Part shown: positions 16,036-25,708 of the stretch, piece by piece
How positions within the stretch are numbered: position 1 is the first letter of the stretch
Layout of the letters: each line of letters opens with the position of its first letter
Virus record (IMG/VR): IMGVR_UViG_3300012953_000114
Span: 1 to 31,993 of that record
DNA from: a virus
Taxonomy: Duplodnaviria > Caudoviricetes
Direction: 5' to 3' (one strand)
DNA: 31,993 nt
Notes under the pieces: generated by a model
What the model was told of the DNA's origin: nothing
Database searches by the model: none
What the model saw: the letters and a program-made list of their open reading frames with translations, nothing else
Position numbers and translations under genes: made by a program

Positions 16036-16470
16036 ATGGCGAAAAGCGAAGATTATAAACGGCTCGACCCGGAGTCGGTCGCGCCATTAAACGAACTTTG
16101 TAAGATGACCGCGACCGATCGGTCTGACGGTCGGGAGTGTTTGCAAGCGGCGGGATTGAAACCGCTTATCGTTGGGCGGGCGCATCTCTACCCGGTCGTT
16201 GCCGGGGTTCGTGCCTTGTGCGATCGGAAGCTCGGCCAAGCTCCCGCCGACGAGAGGAACCTCGCACAAGCGGAAAAGGTTCGGCTCGAAACGCAAATCC
16301 TCGAGGGGCGGTTCCGACCCATTGCCGAACTTGAAGAAGCGATCGGAGTTATCGGAGCGGCGATTACTCGAGTCGTTGAGGAAAGCGAACTCGACGCCGA
16401 CCAACAAGAGAAGATCGCTCAAACTGTTATCGCCGCCGTTCAAGCATTAAAGGAAGGCGTCGAGGAATGA
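16036..16470 (+). CDS. Terminase small subunit (Nu1-like)
   Basis: HTH-like N-terminus and AQAEKVRLETQILEGRF coiled coil; ATGA overlap with the large subunit. Confidence 0.75.
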   Translation: MAKSEDYKRLDPESVAPLNELCKMTATDRSDGRECLQAAGLKPLIVGRAHLYPVVAGVRALCDRKLGQAPADERNLAQAEKVRLETQILEGRFRPIAELEEAIGVIGAAITRVVEESELDADQQEKIAQTVIAAVQALKEGVEE

Positions 16471-18368
16471 GCGCAAGCATCGAGGCCGGGATTAAAGCTT
16501 TAACGACCGCGATCCGCGTTCGTCCTCGGATACCGTTCGAGCGTTGGGCGGAGGAAAACATTCGCGACGCCGACGGCGTGTTTCGGTTTCGTCCTTACCA
16601 AATAGTTCCGGCGGCTTCGATATTCGATCCGGCGATTTACTCGGTATCGCTTCGGCAATACTCGGGCGCGGGCAAGACTTACTTGTTCGCGGCGGCGATG
16701 GCCTACGCGGTCGCACAATTAAAGCTTAATATCGCGACGCAATTCCCGACCGCGAAACAAAGCGAGGACTGGTTAAGGCGAAAGCTCAAACCGTTTCTTG
16801 TAAACACAAGCGCGACCGATTCGATCAAAACCGTCCGCGATGTTGCCGGGGGGATTTACTGGCAAAACGGCGCGAGTATCGAGGTAAGCGGCGCGAACTC
16901 CGCGTCGGTAACGAGAACGATCGAGGCGCACTGGACGAACTCCGAAGAGATCGACGCTTACATTCAAGACGCAAGCGACGAGGGCGACAAGGTGAAGGTT
17001 TTCGAGAAGCGAACCAGGGGGCGCGGTTTACAAATACACACGCGCTCCGCTTACCCATCCGTCAAAGGACACTCTCAAATCGACGCCGCTTTTGATAACT
17101 CCGATCGATGTAACTGGTTTATGAATTGTCCTCGATGCGGCGTCTCTCGTTACTGGCATCCTCGCGAGATTGTCTGGCCGGATGATCGACCGGAAAAGGC
17201 CGAAGTCGAATGCCCCGAGTGTTCGGGATTATTCAGCGACGCGGAACGGCGCGAGTCGTGTTTGTCTTCCGGCCACTGGCGGAACCGCGACGGCGAGACG
17301 GTCGGCGTCAACGACCCGCCGCCGTTAAAGTATGGAAGCAATCGAGGGTTTCACCTTAATTGCATGGCGCACGTCGGCGCATATGACGAGAGCCGGACGA
17401 GTTACCTCCACGAGATCGCGGCGGAATGGGAAGCGGTAGAGGACGCGCCTAACCCGGAGAAAGCACGACGCGCCGTCGTCAATACAATGTGGGCGGAATC
17501 GTATTCGCTCGCCTTTGAGGAAAAAGCGAGAACGCCGGCCTTACTTCGCCAACGGGAAGACTACGACCCCGCCGTTATGCTTCCCGAGGAAGTGATCGCG
17601 CTCACGTGGGGAGGCGACGTAAACAAGCGATTCCTTTCCGCCGTGATTATGGGATGGGGATTAAATGGAGAGAGCTGGGCGATCGATTACGCCGATTTGC
17701 AAGGTCACGTCGACAACCCGGAAACATGGAAACGACTCGAGCGTTTTGTTTTTCAAAGCTTCCGCCATCCGTTCGGGATCGAGATTAGTTGTTTAAAAGG
17801 TTGCCTCGATACTCGGTATCAAAAGAGCATCGCGAGAAAGTGGGTTTCGAACTACACAGGACGCGGCGTGGTTGCGGTTACCGGGTCGAACCAGTTAGGG
17901 GTTCCCATTATCGACCGGGCATCGCGGGACAAAGAGTCGCGGATTACCGTTCAATCGATCGGAACGCACGAGGCTAAAGACTTACTTAATCAACGCTTGC
18001 AACTTCGCCCGCCGGAGGACGGCGAGGAATACCCGGAAAACTTCAAACATTACCCAAGGACGAACGCTTTCGGTTCATCTTACTTTCGCGGACTAACCGA
18101 GGCCGAGGAAAGCTTTTATAAACGCGCACCTCGCGACGGCGAGCTTTATCCGTTCTATCAAAAAACCGAGGAATGTTACAACGGCAATCTCAGAAACGAA
18201 CCCCTGGATTGTGAAACATACGCACTCGCTAGTCTCAAGCTTTTAAACATCAACCTCGCCGGACATCGCGAAGTATTGAAAGCGCGGGCAAGTAATCCGG
18301 CAACCGCAAAACAACCGCGCCGAAAGATTCCTCGCCGGAACTCGTTTATCGGAAAATTAAGCTCATGA
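16467..18368 (+). CDS. Terminase large subunit (lambda GpA family)
   Basis: PYQ adenine motif, GAGKT Walker A, EEID Walker B variant, CPRC/CPEC zinc motif, GGDV and RNEPLDC nuclease motifs. Confidence 0.92.
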   Translation: MSASIEAGIKALTTAIRVRPRIPFERWAEENIRDADGVFRFRPYQIVPAASIFDPAIYSVSLRQYSGAGKTYLFAAAMAYAVAQLKLNIATQFPTAKQSEDWLRRKLKPFLVNTSATDSIKTVRDVAGGIYWQNGASIEVSGANSASVTRTIEAHWTNSEEIDAYIQDASDEGDKVKVFEKRTRGRGLQIHTRSAYPSVKGHSQIDAAFDNSDRCNWFMNCPRCGVSRYWHPREIVWPDDRPEKAEVECPECSGLFSDAERRESCLSSGHWRNRDGETVGVNDPPPLKYGSNRGFHLNCMAHVGAYDESRTSYLHEIAAEWEAVEDAPNPEKARRAVVNTMWAESYSLAFEEKARTPALLRQREDYDPAVMLPEEVIALTWGGDVNKRFLSAVIMGWGLNGESWAIDYADLQGHVDNPETWKRLERFVFQSFRHPFGIEISCLKGCLDTRYQKSIARKWVSNYTGRGVVAVTGSNQLGVPIIDRASRDKESRITVQSIGTHEAKDLLNQRLQLRPPEDGEEYPENFKHYPRTNAFGSSYFRGLTEAEESFYKRAPRDGELYPFYQKTEECYNGNLRNEPLDCETYALASLKLLNINLAGHREVLKARASNPATAKQPRRKIPRRNSFIGKLSS

Positions 18369-19027
18369 TCGAGGTCGGAATAACACGCGAGGCAAGGCTC
18401 GAACCTTATCAAAAGGTATATCACGAAATCTTAGCTCTCTCGGCGCGTGAATGGCAAACCGCATACAACGAAGGATACATCGGCGAAGCGGGCGAAGTTA
18501 TCCCGCACAATTACCGACTTAAGCGAAACAACGGACTCCTCGGCGGATTTAATGGAGTTTATCGAATCGCCGCCCTCGAGGAAACGGCGAGCTTCTTCCG
18601 TTCCGGCGGTCATAACCAATGCCTCGACGCGCTCGGGATTGAACCGCTTACATGGTCGGAAACTTTAACCTTTCTCAAACGCGGCGCAAAACTTCGCCCG
18701 CAACCAACAAACCGACAAGCACTTCGAAAAATGAAAACGGAACCCGTCGCATGGATTAGCCGAAACGCGCTCGAAACCATTACCCGCCATCCTCGCGCCA
18801 AGCTTGGAACAATCGCGGTTTATACGACCTTATGCATTCTCGCCGGGGAGGAAAACGAGGACTCGTTTGACATCAATCCGCAATCTTCCGCCGAGCGTTT
18901 CCGGATTAGCGAAAAGACTTATCGCGACTCGCTCCGGTTACTTGTCGAGCTTCGTTTGATCCGTTGGGAAAAGGGAAAGCGCGGGATCGGCGACCGGGTC
19001 GACCTGTTAAGCGTCGCGGCGATTTAA
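18365..19027 (+). CDS. Hypothetical protein with a C-terminal winged-helix domain (candidate late regulator)
   Basis: IAVYTTLC...QSSAERFRISEKTYRDSLRLLVELRLIRW wHTH pattern. Confidence 0.55.
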   Translation: MIEVGITREARLEPYQKVYHEILALSAREWQTAYNEGYIGEAGEVIPHNYRLKRNNGLLGGFNGVYRIAALEETASFFRSGGHNQCLDALGIEPLTWSETLTFLKRGAKLRPQPTNRQALRKMKTEPVAWISRNALETITRHPRAKLGTIAVYTTLCILAGEENEDSFDINPQSSAERFRISEKTYRDSLRLLVELRLIRWEKGKRGIGDRVDLLSVAAI

Positions 19028-19029
19028 CT

Positions 19030-19061
19030 AACTATCGGGCGACGCGGGATTCGTCGACGTT
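19030..19061 (+). promoter_or_regulatory. Late promoter motif (AACTATC-N19-GACGTT)
   Basis: Ends 5 nt before GTG 19067. Confidence 0.6.
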
Positions 19062-19066
19062 TGTTT

Positions 19067-19615
19067 GTGGCATTTTCACAACCTCCAGCGGCCTTATATG
19101 CGGGCGATAGTAACGAATGGACGAAGGGTTTTACTAAATACCCGGCGACGACTCACGTCGCCCGATGGGTTTTCTCGACGATGAGCGCCGACCCGATCGT
19201 TCTTTACGGAACCGCGAACGGTAGCGACTTCGACTTTTCACTTACTCCCGAACTCAGCGCGGGCATGATTGCGGGCGAATGGAATTGGGCTTGCCGGGTT
19301 ACCAAGATAAGCGGAACCGAGAGCAAGATCGCCGCCGTCGGGAATTGCACAGTCCGACCCGATCCCGCCGCACTGAATAAAACCAAGAGCCGAAACGAGA
19401 AGATTCTCGGCCTTATCGACGCGGCACTTGAGGAACGCGCCGTTGACGTCCAAGAGTCTTTTGGATTGCTTGGCCAAGATATCACGAAAACGAGCGCGGT
19501 CGATTTAATGGCGATGCGGAATCGTTATCAAGCACTCGTTAACAAGGAAAAACAAGTCGAGGAATTTCGGCGAACCGGACAACGTCGGCGACCCGGTCGA
19601 ATCTATTTAGGATGA
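19067..19615 (+). CDS. Head completion / head-tail joining protein (gpW position)
   Basis: PAALYAGDS.EW...YP N-terminus; located between terminase and a lambda-type portal. Confidence 0.65.
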   Translation: MAFSQPPAALYAGDSNEWTKGFTKYPATTHVARWVFSTMSADPIVLYGTANGSDFDFSLTPELSAGMIAGEWNWACRVTKISGTESKIAAVGNCTVRPDPAALNKTKSRNEKILGLIDAALEERAVDVQESFGLLGQDITKTSAVDLMAMRNRYQALVNKEKQVEEFRRTGQRRRPGRIYLG

Positions 19616-21210
19616 TAAAACGCATCGACAAAAAAACGGGGGTTATAACGTTAAAGGATTCGAAGCCGAAAGCGAAACGCGGGTTCGCCTCGGTTAACAA
19701 TCCTCAATTTCTTTCGTCGTGGTCAACGCCAACGACCGACGCTAGCACAGAGCAACGCAACGCCGCCGAGCGTTTACGGAATCAAGCTCGCGATCTTGAA
19801 CGTAATAACTCTTACGTCGTCCGCTTTTTAAACGAATGGATTTCGAATATCGTCGGGACTGGATACAACTTTTCGAGCCTTGCGGTTAACGCACAAGGGC
19901 GCGAGGACAAGGGGGCGCGTGAGATCATCGAGAACGCGTGGAAGGACTTCCAGAGCGCGAGAATATGCACCGCGTCCGGCGATATGCCTTATCGCGAGTT
20001 CAAGGGATTAAGTGAAAGAGCTTGCGCCCGCGACGGCGGCGTTCTAATTCAAATCCTACGAGGATTCGATAACCCTCACAATTTCGCGTTACACTTGCTC
20101 GAGATCGATCGGCTCGACATTAATTACAACGAGGCGAGCAATAAGGACGGGAATCGCGTTATAATGGGAAAAGAGATCGATCAATATGGTAGACCGATTG
20201 CTTACCATTTGCTCGGGAATCATCCGGGCGATCAATACGGAACACGCGGAAGGCAAAGACGAACACGCGTTCCGGCGGATCAAATAATACACCGCTTTTA
20301 TCGAACACGAGCGGAGAGTTACCACGGACAAAGCTTAATCGCACAAGCGAACGTCGCCCTCCAACACCTCGAGCGATTCGAGGAGGCGGAGTTAATCGCG
20401 GCGAGAACTGGCGCGTCGAGTGTTGCGGCCATCGAGCGAACCGAGGGGGCGGAATGGAGCGGAGCGGACGCGGAAGATCGGACGGTTGAACCCGGTGCGG
20501 TTTGGGAAGGTGAACCCGGCGAATCCTTTAAGTTGTTATCAAGTAATCACCCTAATCAGTCTTATAGCGGATTTCGCGACGGTATCCTTAAAGGGGTGTG
20601 TTCGGGTTTGCTTTCCTCGTTCCATACCGTTAGTCAAAGTTTCGAGGGAATTTCGTATTCTTCGCTCCGTGAGGGGAAATTAAACATTAAAGCCCTGACC
20701 CAAGTTTACCGGGCGATGAACATCGAGCGCGAGGAAGAGCCGATCTTTCGCGCTTGGTTGTCGACTGTTTTACGGACGGGAGTAATTAAGAACCTTCCGG
20801 CGGCGAACTTCGAAAACCTCGCGAAAGGATCGTTTACCGGGCGCGGTTTCGAATGGGTCGACCCGAAAAAAGACGTCGAAGGATTGCGGGTCGAGTTGGC
20901 AATCGGCGCGACTTCACTTTCGCGGGCGGTTAAAGAACGACTCGGCGTCGGACTCGACGTAATCATTGCCGAACGAAAAGCGGACGCGGAAGCATTCGCG
21001 GCGGCGGGTTTGCCAGTTCCGGCTGAGTTCGGAAGCGCGTCCGACGATGGCGTTGCCCGCACACTCCAACAAGTTTATCTCGCCGTCGGGAAAGTAATTA
21101 CCGCCGAGGAAGCGCGGCAAATTGTAAACGACGCGGGCGGGAATCTCGTCGACGCCTTGCCCCCTGGATTTGGAGAACTATCGAAACCGGAAGAACCCGA
21201 CGAGGATTAA
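19612..21210 (+). CDS. Portal protein, lambda family
   Basis: LRNQARDLERNN, RDGGVL, GRPIAYH, SYSSLR and WVDPKKD motifs. Confidence 0.92.
   Translation: MIKRIDKKTGVITLKDSKPKAKRGFASVNNPQFLSSWSTPTTDASTEQRNAAERLRNQARDLERNNSYVVRFLNEWISNIVGTGYNFSSLAVNAQGREDKGAREIIENAWKDFQSARICTASGDMPYREFKGLSERACARDGGVLIQILRGFDNPHNFALHLLEIDRLDINYNEASNKDGNRVIMGKEIDQYGRPIAYHLLGNHPGDQYGTRGRQRRTRVPADQIIHRFYRTRAESYHGQSLIAQANVALQHLERFEEAELIAARTGASSVAAIERTEGAEWSGADAEDRTVEPGAVWEGEPGESFKLLSSNHPNQSYSGFRDGILKGVCSGLLSSFHTVSQSFEGISYSSLREGKLNIKALTQVYRAMNIEREEEPIFRAWLSTVLRTGVIKNLPAANFENLAKGSFTGRGFEWVDPKKDVEGLRVELAIGATSLSRAVKERLGVGLDVIIAERKADAEAFAAAGLPVPAEFGSASDDGVARTLQQVYLAVGKVITAEEARQIVNDAGGNLVDALPPGFGELSKPEEPDED
21176..21207 (+). 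promoter_or_regulatory. Late promoter motif (AACTATC-N19-GAGGAT) inside the portal 3' end
   Basis: Ends 6 nt before capsid ATG 21214. Confidence 0.6.
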
Positions 21211-21213
21211 ATA

Positions 21214-23172
21214 ATGGAAAGAGGATTTCGAAGCTTTAAGATTGAACCGAGCGCGGGCGATAGCTCGAAGCCTCGGCGCGGCGTGTTAACGACTCAACAG
21301 CCGATAAGCTCATTCGACTTTTTTCGTAACGAATGGGTCGACGAAGTTCTCTTAATGTCAGGCGCACAACTACGCGGCGCGACGTTACGCTTACTCGATA
21401 CGCATTCGACCGAATCCATTAAAGACGTCGTCGGATCGTTTCGCGATATTCAAACACACCCCGCCGGGACTCGCGGCGTTCCTTATCCGTTCATAGACGG
21501 CGAACTCGTGTTCGCGGATACCGAGGCCGGACGCAATGCGAAAGAACTTGTCGAGGCCGGACACGTTACCGAGATGTCGGTCGGTTATCGATACGACGAC
21601 AACGAAAAAACTTATATCGCCGAAGGAGAACGCCAAGAGATCGAGGGCGTTACTTACGAGGGGCCGGTCAACGTCCGCCAGCGTTGGGAATGTCAAGAGG
21701 CGAGCGTCGTTCCAATCGCGGCGGATAATCTTAGCCTAATAAGATCGCTGAACAATTTCGCGGATACCCGCAAGACAATTTCTGAAGAGACAAAAAGCAA
21801 CCGCGAACGAGTGACATCCGACGCGGTTTCGGTCAATGACAAGACCGAGGCGAGAGTTCAATCGGAAAACCAAACAACATCAACAACAACATTAACCATT
21901 AAAGACATGGAAAAAAATAACGAAGAGGTTAACGCCTCTCGCGATAATTCCGCCGAAACCGCCGCCGCCGTCAAGAGTCACAAAGACGCTCTCGACAAGC
22001 GGGCGGAGGCTATTTTCGCCGCCGCCGAGGAAATCGGCGATACCGATTGGGGATTCGAACAGTTCCGCTCCGGTAAAAGCGTCGAAGATGTTCAGCGCGA
22101 AGCAATCGCAAAATTGAAGGATTCGAACGCTCGCGTCGGTCATAGCATCGAAGAAGAGCCTATCGGATTAAATAAGAAGGAATCGAAGAGTTACTCGATC
22201 ACCCGCGCAATCCGTTCATTGATGAACGGTCGCAAGGTTGACGGATTAGAGGGCGAAGTTTCCGACGTAATCGCAAAGCGTAGCGGACGCGAAACCGACG
22301 GATTTTTCGTCGCTTCTCAGCGTGACCTTACCGCCGCCGTTTCAGGAACCGAAGGTTCCGAACTGGTTGGAACCGATCACCTCGGCGAATCGTTTATCGA
22401 CGTTCTTCGTCCGAACATGGTCGCCGGAAATCTCGTGACGACTTTAAGCGGACTCGTCGGCGACGTTTCTATTCCTCGCAAAACAGCCGCAAGTTCGGCG
22501 AGTTGGGCGGCGACTGAAACAACCGCACACGGCGAAAGCGATCCGACTCTCGACAACCTGACATTGACACCGAAGAGCCTCGGATGCTATACCGATGTCT
22601 CGCGTCAACTCTTACTCCAGTCCTCACCGGACGCGGAACAAATGGTTCGCGACGACCTCAACCAAGCTCTTGCGATTGGCATCGACCAAGCAATTCTTAA
22701 AGGTGCTGGTTCGAGCGGAGAGCCGACCGGAGTCGATGGTAATTGTGATTCTACACATAACCAAGTAACCGTGTCAACGCCCGCCGCTCCCGATAAGGCG
22801 GAACTGTTTAGCTTTATCGAGAAGATCGACACAGCTAACGCGCTCGGCGGCGACCTTGCTTGGATCACAACTCCGGCACTCGCTTCTTACCTTAAACAAA
22901 CGCTAATCGATTCCAACGTCGGCGGTTCCATGTGGGACTTGCCTTCGAACACGGTTCTCGGATATAATGCGTTTTCCACAACTCAAGCCGGCGATGACGA
23001 TCTCTTTTTCGGAGATTGGAAAAACGGCTATGTTTTGGGCATGTGGGCTGGAGGAATGTCCATTTCTCTTGACCCCTATTCCGGCATGAAGCAACGAATT
23101 GTGACGCTGGTCGCGGACGTACTTGTAGACGGCGCGATGCGTAACAATAGAGCAATCGCCGAAGGAGTTTAA
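21214..23172 (+). CDS. Prohead protease-major capsid protein fusion (HK97 fold)
   Basis: Protease motifs LLDTH, MSVGY and EASVVPIAAD, then a linker, then a capsid region (FIDVLR, IPRKT, VSRQLLLQS, FGDW). Confidence 0.9.
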   Translation: MERGFRSFKIEPSAGDSSKPRRGVLTTQQPISSFDFFRNEWVDEVLLMSGAQLRGATLRLLDTHSTESIKDVVGSFRDIQTHPAGTRGVPYPFIDGELVFADTEAGRNAKELVEAGHVTEMSVGYRYDDNEKTYIAEGERQEIEGVTYEGPVNVRQRWECQEASVVPIAADNLSLIRSLNNFADTRKTISEETKSNRERVTSDAVSVNDKTEARVQSENQTTSTTTLTIKDMEKNNEEVNASRDNSAETAAAVKSHKDALDKRAEAIFAAAEEIGDTDWGFEQFRSGKSVEDVQREAIAKLKDSNARVGHSIEEEPIGLNKKESKSYSITRAIRSLMNGRKVDGLEGEVSDVIAKRSGRETDGFFVASQRDLTAAVSGTEGSELVGTDHLGESFIDVLRPNMVAGNLVTTLSGLVGDVSIPRKTAASSASWAATETTAHGESDPTLDNLTLTPKSLGCYTDVSRQLLLQSSPDAEQMVRDDLNQALAIGIDQAILKGAGSSGEPTGVDGNCDSTHNQVTVSTPAAPDKAELFSFIEKIDTANALGGDLAWITTPALASYLKQTLIDSNVGGSMWDLPSNTVLGYNAFSTTQAGDDDLFFGDWKNGYVLGMWAGGMSISLDPYSGMKQRIVTLVADVLVDGAMRNNRAIAEGV

Positions 23173-23197
23173 TCCATCGGGTTTGATTTAATCACGG

Positions 23198-23236
23198 GTA
23201 ACCCTCGGCGGTAACATTGCCGCCGGGGGTTACTTT
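23198..23236 (+). terminator. Stem-loop after the capsid gene (terminator or mRNA stabiliser)
   Basis: GTAACCCTCGGCGGTAA / TTGCCGCCGGGGGTTAC stem with G-U pairs, followed by a short T run. Confidence 0.6.
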
Positions 23237-23241
23237 ACCCG

Positions 23242-23559
23242 ATGAACAAAGTCGAAAAAGCTTCCGAACTTTCGTTTCGTTTTGCGTTGCGAAACGGGTC
23301 GGAACTTTTGAGTTTTAACGGCGAAAGCGTTCCGGCACTCTTGATTGAGTCGCCGACCCTCTCCGGCAACCGTTCGATATACGGACGAAACAAAGCGTCG
23401 AAGGTTGCGACCGTCGGCGTCCTTAAGTCCGACTTAAAGTCGCGCCCGCAACCGGGCGACCGCGTTAAGCTCGGCGACTGGGAGGCACAAATAACATCCG
23501 ACGGGATTCTCGACGTTCCGGGCGGTTATCAATTCGAACTCGAATCCGCTCGCTCGTAA
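23242..23559 (+). CDS. Head-tail adaptor (gpFII-like position)
   Basis: About 105 aa, beta-rich, PQPGDRV motif; directly after the capsid gene. Confidence 0.55.
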   Translation: MNKVEKASELSFRFALRNGSELLSFNGESVPALLIESPTLSGNRSIYGRNKASKVATVGVLKSDLKSRPQPGDRVKLGDWEAQITSDGILDVPGGYQFELESARS

Positions 23560-24005
23560 TGGCTCAAGAGGTTGCTAGTCCCGCTTGCCTTGAGGCATTC
23601 GCCGAAAATCAACTCGCGACATTAATCCGCGCACAACTAACCGCGCCGGATTCGATGGTTCTAACCGGGAACGGAACTCGAGAGTTAATCGAGGAAGGCG
23701 AACCGTCGGTCGTGGTTACGGTTATTCGACAAGAGGAAGACCCGCCGCAAACGGGTTGGTGGTTATGCGACATCGAGGTTTGTCTTGATCCGGCGGGCGC
23801 GGATGGCGACTGGGTCGACGCTCGAATGTTAGAAATCGAAAAGGCACTCGGCAACGGCGACGACGATCTTAAGGCAAGCTTGACGACCGGGCGTTTGCAT
23901 TGCATGACCGGAAGCATTCGAACCGACGCGCCGCTCGAAACCGAGGACGAGGACGGTTTGAGATGGTTTCGCCTCTCGGCTTATTTAGGACTCACCGCCT
24001 CTTAA
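23559..24005 (+). CDS. Tail terminator/completion-like protein
   Basis: Acidic 148-aa protein upstream of the major tail gene. Confidence 0.5.
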   Translation: MAQEVASPACLEAFAENQLATLIRAQLTAPDSMVLTGNGTRELIEEGEPSVVVTVIRQEEDPPQTGWWLCDIEVCLDPAGADGDWVDARMLEIEKALGNGDDDLKASLTTGRLHCMTGSIRTDAPLETEDEDGLRWFRLSAYLGLTAS

Positions 24006-24035
24006 CTATCGGAACCCCGCGAACCTCTTTATCTT
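24004..24035 (+). promoter_or_regulatory. Late promoter motif (AACTATC-N19-TATCTT)
   Basis: Ends 6 nt before ATG 24042. Confidence 0.6.
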
Positions 24036-24041
24036 TTATAT

Positions 24042-24455
24042 ATGACTCCTTCCTACATTGGAAACGCAAGCGGATTACAACGCGGAATAGGCGCGGACGA
24101 AACCGGAATAAAGGTTTCGAGCTTTACAACCACGATCGAAAACCCTCGGGAATACTGTTACTCGAAAGAAGGGACTCGTAGCGGTTGGGCTGAAAATTGG
24201 GACCCAAGTATTAGCGTGGCCATTGAGGGGGAGCTTTCCGGAACGACCGAAGTCGCCGCCGCTAAATTCGGAACCGCTTTAACATTAGCAAACAGCAACT
24301 CCGCCAAACTTGCCGACGTTGACGGAACCGACACTTACGCCGGAATTACAGACGCGGGCGGATGGTATCTTGACGAGTCTTTAACGATTACCGAGAGTCG
24401 CGACGGGTTTAAGACATTCTCCGCGACGTTCCTTAAACTTCCCGAGGTTAGTTAA
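24042..24455 (+). CDS. Major tail (tube) protein
   Basis: 137-aa Thr/Ser/Gly-rich beta protein upstream of the tail chaperones and tape measure; has its own late motif. Confidence 0.6.
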   Translation: MTPSYIGNASGLQRGIGADETGIKVSSFTTTIENPREYCYSKEGTRSGWAENWDPSISVAIEGELSGTTEVAAAKFGTALTLANSNSAKLADVDGTDTYAGITDAGGWYLDESLTITESRDGFKTFSATFLKLPEVS

Positions 24456-24598
24456 TGCCGTCGCATAAAGAACACCTCGAACGAGAACTCGCCGAAGCTG
24501 AAAAACGCGGCGACAAAAACGCGATTAAACTTTTAAAGGCCGCGCTCGGAATCGCTACCAAGCGCAAAGCAAAACCGCCCGTAATGGCAACCCGTTAA
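24455..24598 (+). CDS. 47-aa hypothetical protein, not in the ORF track
   Basis: TAATG overlap; MPSHKEHLERELAEAEKRGDKNAIKLLKAALGIATKRKAKPPVMATR. Confidence 0.5.
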   Translation: MPSHKEHLERELAEAEKRGDKNAIKLLKAALGIATKRKAKPPVMATR

Positions 24599-24651
24599 AA
24601 AACCCGAACACCTGGAACACGACGTCGACGCGTCGCCTTCCCTCCGTTGAA

Positions 24652-25134
24652 ATGTCACTCGAAAGCGATCTCACTCGCGGCGCACATACTACACAAGACG
24701 CGGTCGAGGCCGCCGTTTTAATGACTCTCGGTTGCAATCCGATCGAGGGCGGCGAAGTCTCAAACGTTTACACCGAAGCCAAACCGCGCCGACCCGGTCA
24801 ACCGGGCGAGGTCTTTTATCATGTGTCCCGCGATTCGAGTTTTCCGGGAACAAGTTCGACTGTAATCGCGAAGGGCTTTAAGGATAAAGACGGAATCGCC
24901 GCCGAGGAACTCGACGCTTTAATTGATAGCATTCCCGACGCAAACATTCGCGACCAAATCAAGTCGCGCTTACCGAGGGCGATCGCGTCCTTTTGTCGTG
25001 CCGCAATCGGCAACCGCGAAAAGCTTAAGTCGTGGTGGAGAGCCGCGCCGGAAGAGGTTTATATCCGAAAAGGAAAAAAAGGTTTTCTCGTTCCGCGAAA
25101 GAATCCCGGCCTCGCGAAGAAATTAGGCTTATGA
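24652..25134 (+). CDS. Hypothetical tail-region protein
   Basis: ORF with ATGA overlap into the chaperone gene. Confidence 0.55.
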   Translation: MSLESDLTRGAHTTQDAVEAAVLMTLGCNPIEGGEVSNVYTEAKPRRPGQPGEVFYHVSRDSSFPGTSSTVIAKGFKDKDGIAAEELDALIDSIPDANIRDQIKSRLPRAIASFCRAAIGNREKLKSWWRAAPEEVYIRKGKKGFLVPRKNPGLAKKLGL

Positions 25135-25544
25135 CACCAAACGACGACAACTTTATTAATTCGATGAACGGCGCGGAATGGGAAGGAATCCCGCTTTACA
25201 CCTCGATTTTGCACTTTACGATTGCCGAGGCACTCGTTAACGGCTCAACGGGAAGCACTCACGAAAAAGCGTTCGCGCCTTTTTACGCATACGCAACGCC
25301 GCCGGATGAAGTCGCCGCGCTTTATTCGAGATTAAGACGCAACCCGGACGCCGTTCATATCGAAGCGATCGAGTTCGCCGACGGTCACAACCTGACACCG
25401 GGAAGCGAGCGACTAATTTCCTTGATCGAGAAAATAAACGAAGTAACCGACCAAGTCCTCGAGAGCCGAGACGACCCGGAAACGGACGACGACGAACCGG
25501 AGGGAATGCCGGGAAAGTCTCATTCTTCGCCCGCTATGCCTTAA
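25131..25544 (+). CDS. Tail assembly chaperone (gpG-like)
   Basis: ATG 25131; acidic C-terminus ending near PGK, encoded by the slippery G GGA AAG. Confidence 0.7.
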   Translation: MTPNDDNFINSMNGAEWEGIPLYTSILHFTIAEALVNGSTGSTHEKAFAPFYAYATPPDEVAALYSRLRRNPDAVHIEAIEFADGHNLTPGSERLISLIEKINEVTDQVLESRDDPETDDDEPEGMPGKSHSSPAMP

Positions 25545-25708
25545 GGATCGCGGGCGCGTTTCCATCGATGAAACCCGCCGAAATATTAACTCGTTTCCCC
25601 TATGCCGTCGGTCTTCAATTTTACACGCTCACTCTCGAAAAAGAGGGTTACAAGTTCGAGGGCGAAATCGAGGGGGCGAGCTTCGAGGAAATCGCCGGGA
25701 TCGCGTAA
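25511..25708 (+). CDS. -1 frameshift extension (gpT-like part of gpGT)
   Basis: GGGAAAG at 25511-25517; the -1 frame is open for 65 codons: GKVSFFARYALRIAGAFPSMKPAEILTRFPYAVGLQFY...EIAGIA. Confidence 0.7.
   Translation, partial: GKVSFFARYALRIAGAFPSMKPAEILTRFPYAVGLQFYTLTLEKEGYKFEGEIEGASFEEIAGIA

Noticed and set aside
15830-16090. 86-aa ORF upstream of terS
   Set aside because: AT-rich, no recognisable motif, overlaps terS and the putative cos/regulatory region; probably non-coding.
16930-16960. Inactive terminase because Walker B reads SEEID instead of xDExD
   Set aside because: All other motifs are intact and the ORF is full length; most likely a tolerated variant.
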